A DNA stretch of 64,000 nt from the human T2T-CHM13v2.0 reference genome, Homo sapiens, in NCBI RefSeq assembly GCF_009914755.1, contig NC_060930.1; one strand, given 5' to 3'. This document shows, piece by piece, positions 28,469-45,083 of this stretch (positions within the stretch are counted from its first letter, which is position 1; each line of letters begins with the position of its first letter). The notes under the pieces are model-generated. The model was not told the origin of the DNA and did no database searches. It saw only the letters and a program-made list of their open reading frames with translations. Made by a program: the position numbers and the translations under genes.

Positions 28469-29160
28469 CACAGAGAGAATATACAAAAGCAGTATGTGGT
28501 CAAAACAGCCCAAAATATTTACTATGTGGTGCTTTACAAAAAAAAACAAAAAAACAAAAAACAGTTTGCTGTTCCCTGCCATATACTATATTCTTAGTTA
28601 TCATTTTTACTTCCCTTAAGAGTTTAAGTATATACTAACAGCATGTGCTGAAGTTTGATGGGGAAAAAGTAAATGAGACTTAGGGTAAAAATTATATGGT
28701 AATATACAAAATGACACAGGGCTTTGCAGTTTATAAAACAGTATTTGCAACCTCATTTCTCTGTAATCACAAAAATTCTGTAACTTAAATATTACCAATT
28801 TCACTATTCAATTTTTACAGATAAAGAAATGGAAACAACAAAGGTTAAGTGATTTTCCCAAAAGATCACTGCTAGTTTATAATGGAATGAGAACTTAAAC
28901 AAGGTCTTCTAGCTCTAAATCTATATCTGGATCCCTAAAGGCTGAAGGAATAATAATAAAAAAAAAATACATGTAGAAAGAAGCACATACTGAAAACTAA
29001 AAGAAAACAAATACTTCAAAGTGTATAAGCTATCAATAGACTAAAAGGTATGTAGCTAAGTACCGTAGAAAGGAACATGCCAAATTTCCAAGTTTGAATA
29101 CTCCACCATATATAAATCTTAGCATATCTTAACAAATTTATTTCTCCTAATTGTACTTAC

Positions 29161-29301
29161 CTTTTTTATTCTTCAGCTTAATAGGAAATAGTTTTCTGCC
29201 TTGTTTATAGATCAATAATCTTCCTAAAAGGCACAGTGAGTGAATGAAATAAATATATTGTAATTCTTGTCCTAAGTAGTAGAAAGTTTTCTGCTTGTTT
29301 C
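29161..29301 (-). CDS. TBC1D32: TBC1D32 exon 12, 141 nt
   Basis: (R)[46 protein letters not shown](G). Acceptor cttttaag|G, donor AAG|gtaagt. Symmetric phase 1-1 (47 codons). Confidence 0.94.
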
Positions 29302-30738
29302 CTTAAAAGAGAAGCAAACACGAATATTTATTTAGTATCATTATATTTTACAGTACCTGTCTTCATTCCCTTCTAGACATTAAACAAGGCTACAGGCTAG
29401 AATGGAGACATTACTGGTCAAAAATTTTTTAATTATTTGTTTTCCTTATTGTTTCCTAAGATCCTTTACAATAAATCCCCAAAGAAAAGCAATCATCTTA
29501 AAAAGCAGCCTCAGAAAAGAATAGTATACATATAGTGTCCATTCTAAAATAAATACCATAAGACTGCCAGAGTTATCTGCCACTGAAGAGGAACTTCAAA
29601 AGTAAGTTAAGGGCAGAAGAAAGTTAATAGAAAATGTTAGTTACTGTTTAATTCCACCAATTAAAAGCCAGTATTACAAAAGATCATATTAACAAGCACG
29701 TCTAAGTGAAATTAGAATCTCTACAATATAGACATCTCCCAATATGTATTTGTCATTCACATATATATACACAGAAGATAACAGAATTAAGACACCAATC
29801 TAAAACAAAACATCTCTTCTTTGCAGGCTAAGAAAAGGAAATATTGATTAGGGCGCATATGTATTTGCATACAAAGAAGCAAGACACTTAGAGAATTCAC
29901 ATCAGCAAAGTTCTATTTTTCTTAGTGAAAGAGTAAGCAAGGGCTCCTCCTCCTGAGAGAGAATTGGGCAGGAGCAAAGCAGAAGGTTCGACGAGACTGA
30001 CAAGGGCTTGTAATAGCTGTTACGGAACGCTGAAGAAAGAACATCTAGGAGGATTCCAAAGCAACAGAGAGAGAGCAGCTGAAGCTAGAAAATATATATT
30101 TACTCTCAAGCCATGTCATATACTCTCTGCTCAATTTCTTGAGTACCAGAAAAGATAGAGAATTGAATTGACCTAAAGTTGGGCAACTGCAGGCAGAAAA
30201 CTCTGAAAGAGAAATGAGCAAGAATTTTTTTAAAAACATGGCAAAAAAAAAAAATGTAATGAAGCACCCTGAGGTCTTTAGTAGATAGAGAAGAGAGCAA
30301 AACCATGAAGGACTAAGAAAGTAATGAGGGGAAAGGAGCTAAATATTACATTTTAATATCAAGAAATTAGAAAAATCTGTAAGTTTGTAAATGAGATAAC
30401 ATATGAACTTATATGTCCTTTTCCTTCTCTTGAAGAATAAATTATAACTTCTACACTTTCTCCTCCCCTACAAAACACTAGCTTTTGAAACCCATTAATT
30501 ATTGGTCTATCACCATCTCCCTTGCTTTGAGTTAGATAAAGAAATTCACCTGAGAATGAAGAAAAGTATAAGATATCGTCATACTCTCAAAAGAGCTTAC
30601 TATATGCTTAAGGAAACAATATAAAAACAACAGAACAATAAAAGCTATCAGGTTCACATGGCCAATTGTGTGATATAAGCAAGAGCAAGAAAAATTCAGA
30701 ATAAGCAGGGAGGCCTTGAAATTTAAAATACAGTTTCT

Positions 30739-31164
<426 letters not shown>

Positions 31165-31677
31165 TTAGTCAATAACTACAGAAGAGATTGTATCAAGAAA
31201 TTGGGGCCAGATTACGAAGCATCCAAGACATTTTAGCTCAGACACAGAATAAGCAAAGAAGGATCACGGGGTGACACAGGGTGTTCAAAAATAAAAACAA
31301 CATTTTATGGAAGTTTTTTTCCCATTAAAGTGCATATATGCCTGATTAGATGACTGATACATTATTGAAGGGGAAAGGATGGACTGTATATTGTTGTAAT
31401 ATAACAGATTAGGATATATGCCCTAGTATGAATCAAAGAACTGCATCTAATAAGAATCAGTATGGTTGTACATTAATTTCAAATGTAGATCTGTTATAAA
31501 AAATAATGATTATAGTGTATCTTATAAATGTGTAAAATATATTTTACAGCATCATTAGTAAAAGTGACCTAATTTACCATACTAACAATCATTAAAAAAT
31601 AAAAGTTCCTACTAAACTGTATTTACTAATAAAATTTACCATTTTTAAAAGTATGTAATAGAGGAAATAATACTTAC

Positions 31678-31768
31678 TGCAATGCTTTGAATGTCCCAAA
31701 GTTTCATCAGCTTTCCTAGTCTTACACATTTCAAAGTACTGAACACACTGTTGAATGGCTGTAGTTAC
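31678..31768 (-). CDS. TBC1D32: TBC1D32 exon 11, 91 nt
   Basis: [30 protein letters not shown](R). Acceptor ttcatcag|G, donor GCA|gtaagt. Confidence 0.93.
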
Positions 31769-32089
31769 CTGATGAAATAATAAGTTATTAATTCCAGAAC
31801 TTTGCAGCCCTCAAGTCCAAGAATTAAAAGAAATTAGTCAAAGCTGTAAAAATACTTTGGAGAAATATTTGAGAAAAATATTTAGTACAGTACCTTTCTA
31901 GCCCTTAAAGCTCAGCCTCCTCAATTACATTTTAACTATGGCATCACTCTGGTGAACACTGTGAAAATATTTGTGGACCAACAAATATGATAATGTTATA
32001 ATGTTGGTGTCATTGGACAGAAATAAATATGTAATTTATATTTTATAGTGAAAAACGCAAAAACTCTGTGGCCATTGCCATAACTTTAG

Positions 32090-33830
32090 AAACTATCTTG
32101 TCCAGTTCCTTTGCCTTAGAATCTTTTCCTCCTACCCAGCTAGCAAAATATCAAGTGGATCAAGTCTTTATTTCCATCTCAAATACCAGAAATGCTAAAC
32201 ACTGATAAAAGAAAATTCTCATAATTCAAAGAAAAGAGTCACAATAAAAAATGATCTCCAACCCCTACTGTACTCAGTGATTCTCCTATTAGTCTCCATT
32301 CTAACTCCTCCTCTCATTCTCCACAAGCAGAGACTTCAAACCTTCTCCCCTTTCCTCAGCACCTGCCTACCCATCGATGGCCTCTTATCCTAATTCCAAA
32401 AAAAAAAAAAAAAAAAAGCCACCAGTGATATACGGTGTGATAATTATTAAATCTGGTAACAAGGCAGTTGTTGGTGACCTTGAAAAGATCACTTTCAGAG
32501 GAGTTTGGTGAATAAAGCCAGACTATACCAAATAAAGGAATAGGAAGTGAAAAAGTAAAGGCAGTTAGCATAATTTTTATTTTCAGGAAAGACAGCTGAG
32601 AAAAATTTAAAAAATAGACCAACAACTGTATCTTAGAGTCAAGATTAAACTCTTTTTCAGCTAAGAAGGATATGGTTATGCTTAAATGTTACTGGGGGAA
32701 GCCAACAGAGGGGAAGAGTTTGACTATATAGGAGAGAAAGGGGATAGTTGATAGAAAAAAAAAATACACAAGAGGAAGAAGCAGATGGAATCCAAGTGGA
32801 AGGAATGATTAATTAAGCTTTAGATAGGAAAAAAATAAAGGTTTGAAAAGAAGCAAGTTCATAATTGTAGCGCCAAGGAATCAATGGATTTTCCCATCTC
32901 ATTCTTTCTTATGGCCTCAGTTGTATGCAGAAAAGAGGTAACATGGCAGGACTTCTGTCTTTAGAAAGGCCTCCTTACAAGGTGGGATTTTGATAGCATC
33001 TAGGAACTTGGATTTCAGGAGGGCTCTCATCATTCTGAGAACTGAGAATGGCTGACAATGTTTGCACAAATAATGTGGTTTATGAGGAATACCTGCTTTC
33101 CTTCTAGGAGTCTTGGACCCTGGTATGTACCAGGCAGAGGGTTTCTATGTGAACAGCACCCCCACCTCAAAAACAAAAACCAGGCACTGAGTTTCTAATG
33201 AGCTTCCCTGGTATATAACATTTCACATAAGTTGCCACAATTCAATGCTGAAAGAGTTAAGCATGTCTTATGTGATTCTAGTGGGAAAAAGACTCTTGGA
33301 AGCTTATACTTTCATATCTTCCATACTTCACTCAATGAACTTTTTCCTTTTTGCTGATTTTTCTTTGTATCCTTTCATTGTTATAAATGACAGCTGAGAG
33401 CATAACTATATGCTGAATCCTACGAATCCTTCTAGCAAATCATCAAACCTGGGGGGTTGTCTTGGGGACCCTCCCCCTCCCATATCTACCTGTCTTTTCT
33501 AAATCAAACGTCAGGGATCCAGACCCATGCCTCCTAGAAATCTGCATTTCAAATATGATTAAACCTACCAAATCTAAAAATCATTATCTTTTCCAGCAAA
33601 TGTTTGCCTCCTACTGTGTTACTTATCTCAATGAATGACATTAGTCAATTGTCTGAGGCCTCAATCACAACCCCCTCATTCAAAAGTCCTCTAAATCCTA
33701 CATTCTAAATAAAGTATTTTGAGTCCATCCATTTATCCCAATTCTGTCTTATCCTTCTTCCATGGTTCCATCATCTTTTGCTTGCACTATTATACAATGT
33801 CTTAAACATCGTTTTGCTTCAATACTTCTC
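32090..33830. mobile_element. L2 fragments, with an internal segment in the opposite orientation and an LTR insertion
   Basis: Pyrimidine-rich L2-like sequence on + at about 32090-32397 and 33483-33830, and on - at 32418-32920. Confidence 0.55.
32924..33482 (+). mobile_element. MER21(C)-like ERV solo LTR
   Basis: tatgcagaaaagaggtaacatggcagg...tagaaaggcc start; gggggttgtcttggggaccc end. Confidence 0.75.
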
Positions 33831-34814
33831 CTTTGACCCATTTTCTAACAAAAAACAAAACAAAACAAAGTGGATTAAAATAACAACTGACACTTTAGGA
33901 AACTTTTGACATGAAAAATTTATAAAATAATACACTTAAGAGAAGCTCTTAAGAATTAGAAGACAAAAGAACAAACAATAGTCCGCTTCTTTAACTGAAA
34001 ACTCAAAACACTGTCTCCAAAATAATCTCTCTCAAAGACTCTTTCGTTCATTTGAACCTTTAGAAATCCACCCTCCTTGCATCCATTACTACCCAGCTTT
34101 ATCTTCACCATCCACTTACTTACACTCCCTTCTTTTCCTTATACTCTTTCCCTTATATTTTCTTAAACATGCTATCTTTATTTGAGAAAAGGTAGCAATC
34201 ACAGGAAAGAAAAGGAATAATCTCAGGACATGAACAATCACATTACATGACATCCCTTTAAACCACAGTAGCAGAAAGCAGATCTATAGTAGGTGAATTT
34301 AAAGAGTCAAGTTGAGAGTATAATGAATGATTTTTCTAACCCCTGTGAAAATAGACAGAAATTTGCTATAAAACTCAGGATTGTATTTGATACTTATTGC
34401 CCTATACTATCAAATATATACCAGCCAGTTCATTTAATTGTTAACCCCTAAGGCAGAAATTTTAAAAAAGGTTAAATACAATAAGACAGGAAAAACCAAG
34501 GGAGAATTTAAATAACCAAGCCGTCAAGTCATTTTTAAAATGACTTTCAGAGAGCAGTAAAAATGGCACTACATAAAACCATTTCAGAAACCATTCCTTT
34601 AGGGGTTGACTGAATCAAGATTCAAACTGTTAAAAATTAAAGGTTAAATATTTAGGCCGACAGCCAAAACTTTTAACCAGTTCATGTCTTTCAGATTCTA
34701 TGGGAACAAAGACTATCTTAACTTTTTCAGGGATATCTATAAAAAACCAACAGCATATACAAAAATTGATAGCTTAATGCTACCTACTAAAAATGTCATA
34801 AACATAAGATAGAA

Positions 34815-35014
34815 TAGAACCACACAAATACAGTAGCCACCAACCACATGCCTATTTAAATTTAAATTAATAAAAACTAAATAAAATTAAAAATACAGTT
34901 TCTCATTTACTCTAGTCTCATTTCAAGTTTTCAGCAGTCATATGTGGCTTGTGGTTACCATATTGTACAACACAGATATTTCATCATTGCAGAAAACGAC
35001 ATCAGAGAGCACTG
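34815..35014. mobile_element. MER33/MER3-like hAT-Charlie relic
   Basis: Internal inverted motif gtagccaccaaccacatg ... catatgtggcttgtggttacc. Confidence 0.6.
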
Positions 35015-36555
35015 ATGAGAAGCTAGAGGAAATACATCAGCAGGTCATCATGCTAAACAGGCTGCTATGAGTAAAGTTCTTATACAAGAATCTCTTTTAG
35101 AACAGAAACACAAATGGATGGAGTGGTCTGCAATTTCCATCACAGATGCACAAAATTTGACCCTTGATTCTGAAAATACAATGGGAATAAACAGATCTTG
35201 CATCATTTTCCCCAATGTTTATTTTCAAAAGTGGGGCCAAGTTTACTTTTAAAAAATAAATATAAAATGAATAATATTTTGATATTTTGTAAATGTAGGA
35301 AAGCTTTTTAGTGCAAATGAGGTTTAAGTTGAAATGTCAAACAAGTTTGACATACTATATACATAAAATATTTGACTAAGTTGATAAAAATATTAAGATG
35401 ATTTATAATGACATAATTCCATTTGCAGGTTAAAAGTCAAGGTATAGTTAACTTTTCAAATAAGAAACCAATTTTAAGAATTAATCTATAAAAAACCTTA
35501 TTTGAAATACTTTCACTGGGGCCTCTGTGATAGCAACAGTGAGTCATTATCTGTACATAAACCATGGGGAAAATCATCCTGTTCTTTATTTTTCCTTTCT
35601 CTATTCTAGCAAGATCAGTCTATGCTCATAAAGCAACAACAAATTTTTATTTAAAATGGGAATGAGAGAAAAATCAAATGTGGAAAAACCTATTTAAATT
35701 CAATTTCTTTAAAAATTTTGAAGTATATTTTACCTTTACAAATAAATTCTTATCCTATTATTCAATATCCCTCTCTTCTTCTGCTGCTCAATTCTCTGGA
35801 TTCTCAAACACAAAACAATTATTGTTCTCCTTCCTTCATTTTATGCTCTACTGCACTCAACCAAAAATCACAATTCCGGAATCTTTTCTTCACCTGACTT
35901 CCAAACTCAAGGTTCTGCCTAACTACATAAAAGATGTTTATTGACCCAAAGCTATATCAGTATAACATTTGAATGTCTTAATAAATTTTGTGTTTTTCAT
36001 TTTGTCAATTATTTATTAGACTTGCTGATTTCTTTTTAATTATTTTCAGTACCCTTACATTGTTCTACTAATAGTAACAAATGTAGATGATTTTGGTAAC
36101 ATATTTTAGAGTATTAAGTCTACATTTGGTATAACTCAAACCAATTATTGAAAATGCAAAAGTATTTATCATTTTGAGTTTTTCCATGTAATTTTCACTG
36201 AAAAACATGGGTCTATATTATAAAAGTAATGGCTTTATGAATACTTGATGTGAATCGAACTACATGCTACTGCTTAAAAATATGGCTTCTCTCAAACTAG
36301 CTTGTTATATATAGAAGCCAATTTACTATATATATAAAACATATTTTCTAATTGTTATCCTGACTGCATTCATTTTAAGTCTCTATTTTTATCCCTTTAT
36401 GTGTCACAGGATGGTAGTTTAAGATCACATAAAAGGCGAATTGCTTCATTATCCAATATTAATTATCACCACACAACTTTGCATAGTCAAGTTATTACAT
36501 CATATATATTCTGGTGATATTATTTCTCAACATAAAAACAGAATTACAGACTTAC

Positions 36556-36615
36556 CAGAGACTTATATTTCTTTTCAAGAAGTCTTAATACTGTAGTTCT
36601 GCTATAATGTGCATG
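36556..36615 (-). CDS. TBC1D32: TBC1D32 exon 10, 60 nt
   Basis: HAHYSRTTVLRLLEKKYKSL. Acceptor attttag|C, donor CTG|gtaagt. Confidence 0.93.
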
Positions 36616-37271
36616 CTAAAATTAAAAGGAAATGATATTTAATACTCAAGCTGTGCCACTCAAAATCTATTTTTCCTGCATGATTTCTAATGACAACATC
36701 ATAAATCACACAATAGCTTAGGTTTAAACCCTTATAGTCAATGACAGACAGGTGTTTATGTGTGCATTGTATTAGGAGCAAAGCAATCACAAGAATGCAA
36801 ATCGTATCAAAAAACTTGCAGATCATTTAGTGACTGACCAGTAGAAGAACATTCTATCCATCGATTGTGTCCAATTTCCATGCTAAACTATTTTAAAACC
36901 ACCACCAAAAAAGTATACCTATGACAGAATCCAAAAAAAGATACATAGTGGGGAAAAAAAATTAAAAAGCACAACTCTTATACTGAAGAGGATACTGTAC
37001 GGTCTACATGTGCAGAAATGTGCCAACACTGAAATGCTCCAAAGTGACAGTACCCTAATCATTTTCTGCCAACCATATTTAAAAATGATTCAAAGTGTCA
37101 AAAGAGCTTTAAATCTCTCCTTGGAGCAAAATATAGATGTAATTAAAACATGTAAATGCATAGCATTGTACAAAGCCAGGGAAAACTATAAATATTGTTT
37201 AGCTGGATTATATAAGATATCATTAGTGTTCAAAATATAGTTTCTTCATTTCACTTAGGAATAAAAATATT

Positions 37272-38812
<1,541 letters not shown>

Positions 38813-38880
38813 AAAATAAAAATATTAAACAGAATAATACAAGTCAAAACTTTTTCAGAATTCTAGGGAATAGAGGATTT

Positions 38881-39039
38881 TTGTATTGTTTTTCTTTTTT
38901 TTCCTTTTTTTGCTTTTTAAATAGAGATGAGGTTTTGCTATGTTGGCCAAGCTGGTCTCAAACTCCCAACCTCAAGTGATCTGCCCACCTTGGCCTCCCA
39001 AAGTGCTGGGATTACAGGCGTGACCCACCGCACCTGGCT
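38881..39039 (-). mobile_element. Alu left monomer (FLAM_C-like)
   Basis: Single monomer with T-rich tail, flanked by gggaataga..ttttt repeats. Confidence 0.8.
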
Positions 39040-39254
39040 GGGAATAGAATTTTTAATTAAACATTCATTAAATTGTGTTTTGGTTAACCAAAGGTTAATC
39101 AAAACCTTGGGTTTTAAACCTTGTAGCTTAAAATGTTTTCAAAAACTATTAATCCTTTTTCCAACTTAATAATAAGAGAAGTTGATATAGTATTAAGCTA
39201 TTTTTAATATTGACCATGTTCTGAAAAGAAATCCTCATAGTATATCTCTTAGAC

Positions 39255-39472
39255 CAGGGTCAACAAACTACAGCCCTCAGATTAAATTCTGCCTAGACCC
39301 ACTTTTGCAAAAAAAATTCACTGGAACAGTCAAGTCCATTCATTTACCTATTATGTATAGATGCTCTGGAGCTACAACAATTGGGATGAATAGCTACAAT
39401 AGGGACTGTAGGCCCACAACGCCAAAAATATTTATGGTCTGGCTCTTTACATAAAAAGTGTGACAACTCCTG
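39255..39472 (+). mobile_element. MER58A-like hAT-Charlie DNA transposon
   Basis: caggg...cctg termini, 8-bp TSD tcttagac/ccttagat. Confidence 0.78.
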
Positions 39473-40439
39473 CCTTAGATGCAAAAATTATAGGAGGATG
39501 TAATGAATTTTCATGTATACTAGAACACACTTCAGAATGTGATTTTTAAATAAATTTGTACCCCGTTATCTTAAGAATCAACTCCCAGCAATAAGAATGT
39601 CAAATGAAAAAAAGTTAATTACAAAGTTAGTAAAATATGACTGATTTTGTTAAAAAAAAGATGACCTAAACAGATAAATATAAAAGTATATATAACATAT
39701 CTACATGAAACAAAATCTTAACAGTTGTTATCCCTGTATTGTATAATTAGAAAAATTTAATTTTATTTAAGCTTTTACATATTTTGCATATTTTCTCAAA
39801 TAATGATATAATTTGATAATCAAGAAAAAAATTTAACTGTTAGATGTAAGGAACAAAGGGTTCATCTTAAATTAATTTAATTTAATTGAGTAAACATGAA
39901 TCACATACTAGACAGGCCAGGTAAGGGCTAACCACTAGAGACAGAATTGTGTTCTGGTTAATTGGGCATTTATGATACAACTTAGCAGAAGGCACAAAGC
40001 ACCATTGCTAGATAACATCCAAACTGTGCTGAAGAGTAAATGAATGCCCCAACCCCTCTCTTCTCAAGTGCAAGAAATATAGTACCTAGGTGCCCAGTAC
40101 AGATTGAGAAAGAAGACAATGTGAGCATAAAAGCCAGTCCTGTTGCTGCTATTGACAAACACAGACCTCTCTTAGTTAACAGAGGTTGAGGGAGGTAACA
40201 GTATAAAGATCTCTCTACTCTTACTAGTAGTTTCAGTTTCAGCTTCATAAGAAATTGCCAGGTTCAGGTATTAAACACATTCCCCAAACTTCAGGTTCAG
40301 GAGGAAGGCAAATGAAAGAATACTTTCAGAAATATCTCCTAAGCCTGAAAAAAAATACATATTGAATCCTTATGTTCTACCACATTTGCTTAAAATTTTT
40401 GAAGCTTTCACATTAAAGAAAAAATAGATTTTTGAATAG

Positions 40440-40660
40440 GTCATTCAGCTTAGATTCAAATGAAATATCACTTAAAATCCTATTCTGGCTCTGACACTTA
40501 ATAGGTGAAAAATCTTGGGCAAGTTAACTTCTCCATATCTCAGTTACTGCATCTGAAAAATGGGGGTATTAATACCACCAACCTCGTAAAGTTTTATAAG
40601 AAATAAATGAGCTAACACATGTAAAAGTGATTAGAACTCTTAGCACACAGTATTCAAACA
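40440..40660 (+). mobile_element. MIR
   Basis: MIR core cttgggcaagttaacttctcc...ctcagtt...catctgaaaaatgggg. Confidence 0.7.
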
Positions 40661-40726
40661 TTAACTATTTATTAAAATGATATAGCAATGCACTAAAAGG
40701 TATAAAAATATTCTATTTTTCCTTAC

Positions 40727-40871
40727 CATCCACTTTTTGAACCACACAGCCTTGGTATCAACTAATGCAAAAAAGTAGATCGGATCCAAAATCTTTTGTG
40801 AGACAACATGGCTTTGATTATGTTTAACTGTTAACAAGGACAAAGTACTCTCCACAATTTCTTCCATATAC
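40727..40871 (-). CDS. TBC1D32: TBC1D32 exon 9, 145 nt
   Basis: (K)[48 protein letters not shown]. Acceptor actttaag|G, donor ATG|gtaagg. Confidence 0.94.
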
Positions 40872-41472
40872 CTTAAAGTTTGGGAAAAAAGAAATACAAT
40901 TACACATATAGTTCTGGTGGTATACTTTATATTCATGGAATGATAAAGTAGCATATAATCTTCAGAAACATTTTTTCTATTTCAGTAAATGACAGGTAGG
41001 ATTCATACTCAATGTTTCTACTTTAACTACAGGTTCTTTCTACTTCAACACTGGATCTGTGAATTTAACTTTCCTTTTTAGACTCACAGATTATCTTACA
41101 ACTTAGTATAAATTTTAGAGCTGAAAGGAAAAAGTTTAAAGAATATTTAAGGAACTTGTCCAAAATGCAATAGCAAAGACCAATAAGAACCTAACGCAGA
41201 CCTTCAAATCACTGATACATTAAAAAAAAAAAAACTAATGCTACATTTTTTTTACCTTGTGATAAATGATGTAAAGTGGTACCTGTATACAGTAATTCAC
41301 ATAGCTAAGTATAAAACATGACAAGCTGAAGAAAAATAAAAATAAAAATTTTATTAATCCCTTCCCAATCAGGTAAGTCCATTAAGACTGTCTTTACTCT
41401 TTCTGTCTGAAACGTATATGGGGCAGTAACACCGCTAGGTTTTATGCTGGCATACATTGGGAGGGGACTTAC

Positions 41473-41534
41473 TTCTCTGGATGACGAATCCAGAAAGATG
41501 GAGCTTCTTTCTGATATTCATTTAGAAGACGAAC
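41473..41534 (-). CDS. TBC1D32: TBC1D32 exon 8, 62 nt
   Basis: VRLLNEYQKEAPSFWIRHPE(K). Acceptor ctttgtag|G, donor GAA|gtaagt. Confidence 0.93.
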
Positions 41535-41629
41535 CTACAAAGCAGTGCACAATAGTTCTCAAAAAATTAGCATCCTCAAATATAAAACTAAATAAATAAA
41601 AATGAAAGCATATTGTAGTAAATGGATAC

Positions 41630-41733
41630 CTTTTTAAGTAAGCGAGTCATATTAGGATTAGTTATATCTACACCAGCTGAAAGAGTAGGAATATGATTTT
41701 CCCTAGAAAGAAAGTATGACTCCAAATACTTAG
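41630..41733 (-). CDS. TBC1D32: TBC1D32 exon 7, 104 nt
   Basis: (A)[34 protein letters not shown]. Acceptor tttttcag|C, donor AAG|gtatcc. Confidence 0.93.
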
Positions 41734-41862
41734 CTGAAAAAAAAGGGAAAACATAAAATTACATCATTCATTTACAGTGCTTTCTGAAAAAAATTATTTC
41801 CTATCCATTCTTAAGTACATGCAAATGACAAAAAACATTTTTAAATGTTTTCACAAACATAC

Positions 41863-41941
41863 CTAAGCTTGTATAAATTTCCTTGGTCATATGTAATGGA
41901 GAAAGCAAAAATGTCTGTGCACAGAATTTTAAAATCCGGTC
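41863..41941 (-). CDS. TBC1D32: TBC1D32 exon 6, 79 nt
   Basis: [26 protein letters not shown](A). Acceptor ttccgtag|G, donor TAG|gtatgt. Confidence 0.93.
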
Positions 41942-44187
41942 CTACGGAAATGAGACAGAAAATTTGCATCTAAGATCTCACAAGAATAGAATAGAGATGA
42001 AACATTTTTCACACAGTAAAAACTCAGAAAATAAAATAAACACAAATAAACCATTCAGAAACTAGAGTCAGAATGTACTTATTTAAAAAGGGCACACTCT
42101 GTGTCAGCAAAAATTAAAACTGACCAAAACTACTATGTGAATCTAATAACAGAAAGCTATTACTGCACAATCCGGTCATAGTATATACTGACATGGTGAG
42201 GAGGGGGTAAGGTGAGGTTTCATAGAGGAGACAATGTAAAGGTGTCAAACAAAGGAACAGAGTAGGCAGTACTAAATTTTTTTAACACCCCGTATTTCCA
42301 AATCGAAAATTCATCATTTTTAATTGCTTACATGGGTAGCTTCAGTAATTAGAGATTTAGAATTATTTCTAATAATTTTGCCTATTCCCAAGAAAATTAC
42401 TCTATGTTTAAATTTTTACATTATTAAAACTCTAAAATAGAAACCATTAGAAGGTAAATAAGTTAAAAGTGGCAACAGATGTAGTTAGCATAATGCCTGG
42501 CACTAAGAGTTACTTTAAAATGGTAGCTATTATTATCCCTTTAATTATACCTACTTTATTAATATCATGATATGATTAATCCTAATAGTGAAATTCAACT
42601 TTCCATTAAATAAAAACATAAAATTGCCTTAAATAGTCTAATCTGGGGGGGGATTAATAACACTGTTGATACCAGTTTAGATAATCCACTTACAAGAAAT
42701 AGTTCCCCAAGTTACTGAAAATATCTTCTAATGGCCCCAAGAAATTCCTACTGAACAAAGGATATTAAATACTTTGGGAAGTCTATTTTTATAGTTGCAG
42801 CAACTGATAGGTATCTGTCATACTTTTCAACCCTATAGGCTTCACTCAGTTGCATGTAAGAGTCCTTTAGAGGAGGAGATGAAGAAATAGAATTGAACTC
42901 AAAAAGAATTTGGATCAAGCACAAATTTAAAATGAAAAAAACTCCATGCCTTGTTTTCTACTTCAAAATGACTAATTTTATTACCATCTCTCCTCTATAA
43001 TAATTGCTTCCAATTTTATTAGCGTAAGTAATAAAACTGAACCTTGCTGCATAATAATTTAAAATGGCTACAATTTGCTATTTTGTAAAGTTATTTCATA
43101 ATTTATAAAATAAAGGAAACCTATTCTGCTACTATTCTGTATTTATTAAGTAAAAGAAAAAATACGGGGAAATTTACAATTGCATCCGTCGTTAGAGAGC
43201 ATGAAATGTTAAAGATAACCCTGAGATAATATGTTTTCACCTTGAAGTTCTTGGATCATTGAGCTGTTCCAGAAGTCTACAATACCCTCTGGTGTTAACA
43301 AGGTTGAACTGCATCCAAGTATTAGGTAAACACCTTCCCTTTATGAGAATTACAAACAGTGATTCCCAAACCACTTCTGTTTACCAGTATAATCATATCT
43401 TTATTAATGGTAGACAGTAGACTGATTTTAAATAGACAAACATATTGCGATACCTTAAATTTTTCTACAACTATTTATTTATCGTCTGTGTTATCTACTG
43501 AAATCTAAGTTCTCTGAGGGTGAAGATTTTGTGTCCTGTCCATGGTGTGTTCCCAGTGTCTAAACGAGAATGATACACACTGTAGATACTCAATATATAT
43601 TTGCTGAACAAAGAGCAAAATGTAACTCTTCTGCTAATGCCTTAAATTCTATGCCAAACATCATATCGATTTTAAAGCCAAAACTATCTTCACTGATATA
43701 TCAATTAGGAAGAAAAGATCCTCTATAAGGAAATCCAATTTGTGTTTAAAATGCAATTCTTGGATAATCAGGGGTTTTCTTTTCATTCCCATCATAGATA
43801 CTACCTGTAGAATTACTGCACTTGTTAATGTAAAGCTTACTTTTCATCATATGATAACTGTTCCTAAAAAGTCATATGCAAACCAATTTTTAAATAAAAT
43901 CATATCTACTGACTTCATAATTTTACAATTTTAGAAACTTTCTATATTTGCTTTATGATTCACCTCAAATTATTTTCTAAAATCTCAACATTAGTTTTCT
44001 AGCTTCTTTCTTTAAGCAGTTAAGCAATCTCTAAGTAAACACTTAAATACAAGAGGAAAATGTTTATAAGCCCTTTCGAATAAACCATAATTCATCATTT
44101 TTCATTCAAATTTTCATATACCATGAATCCTTTTAAAATATTTTTCTTTTTTTTTAATTTGAGAGTATCATAAAACAGCATCATTCA

Positions 44188-44512
<325 letters not shown>

Positions 44513-44645
44513 CTAGGATATTCCTTTACAAGATAAAATGCACAAGGTAGCAGTGTATTATTTGGCAATGAAATATGACCATATTTTGACTCTAATCACA
44601 AAATTTTGTTAAGAAAAATTTTGACAATTAGAAAGCTGAAACTGA

Positions 44646-44992
<347 letters not shown>

Positions 44993-45083
44993 AAAGAAAA
45001 CTATCGTAACTATCATATTCTATTTATTTCCAGAATGGTGGGAAAACAAATTATTTTTAATATTTCTATAACCATTTTCTTAC

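Noticed and set aside
39078-39095. Short palindrome tttggttaaccaaa
   Set aside because: Short and AT-rich; plausibly chance in 64 kb.
41535-41629. Intron 7 as a U12-type intron (donor GTATCCAT)
   Set aside because: It mismatches GTATCCTT at +7, has no TCCTTAAC branch site near the 3' end, and a U2-like tgctaat is present.
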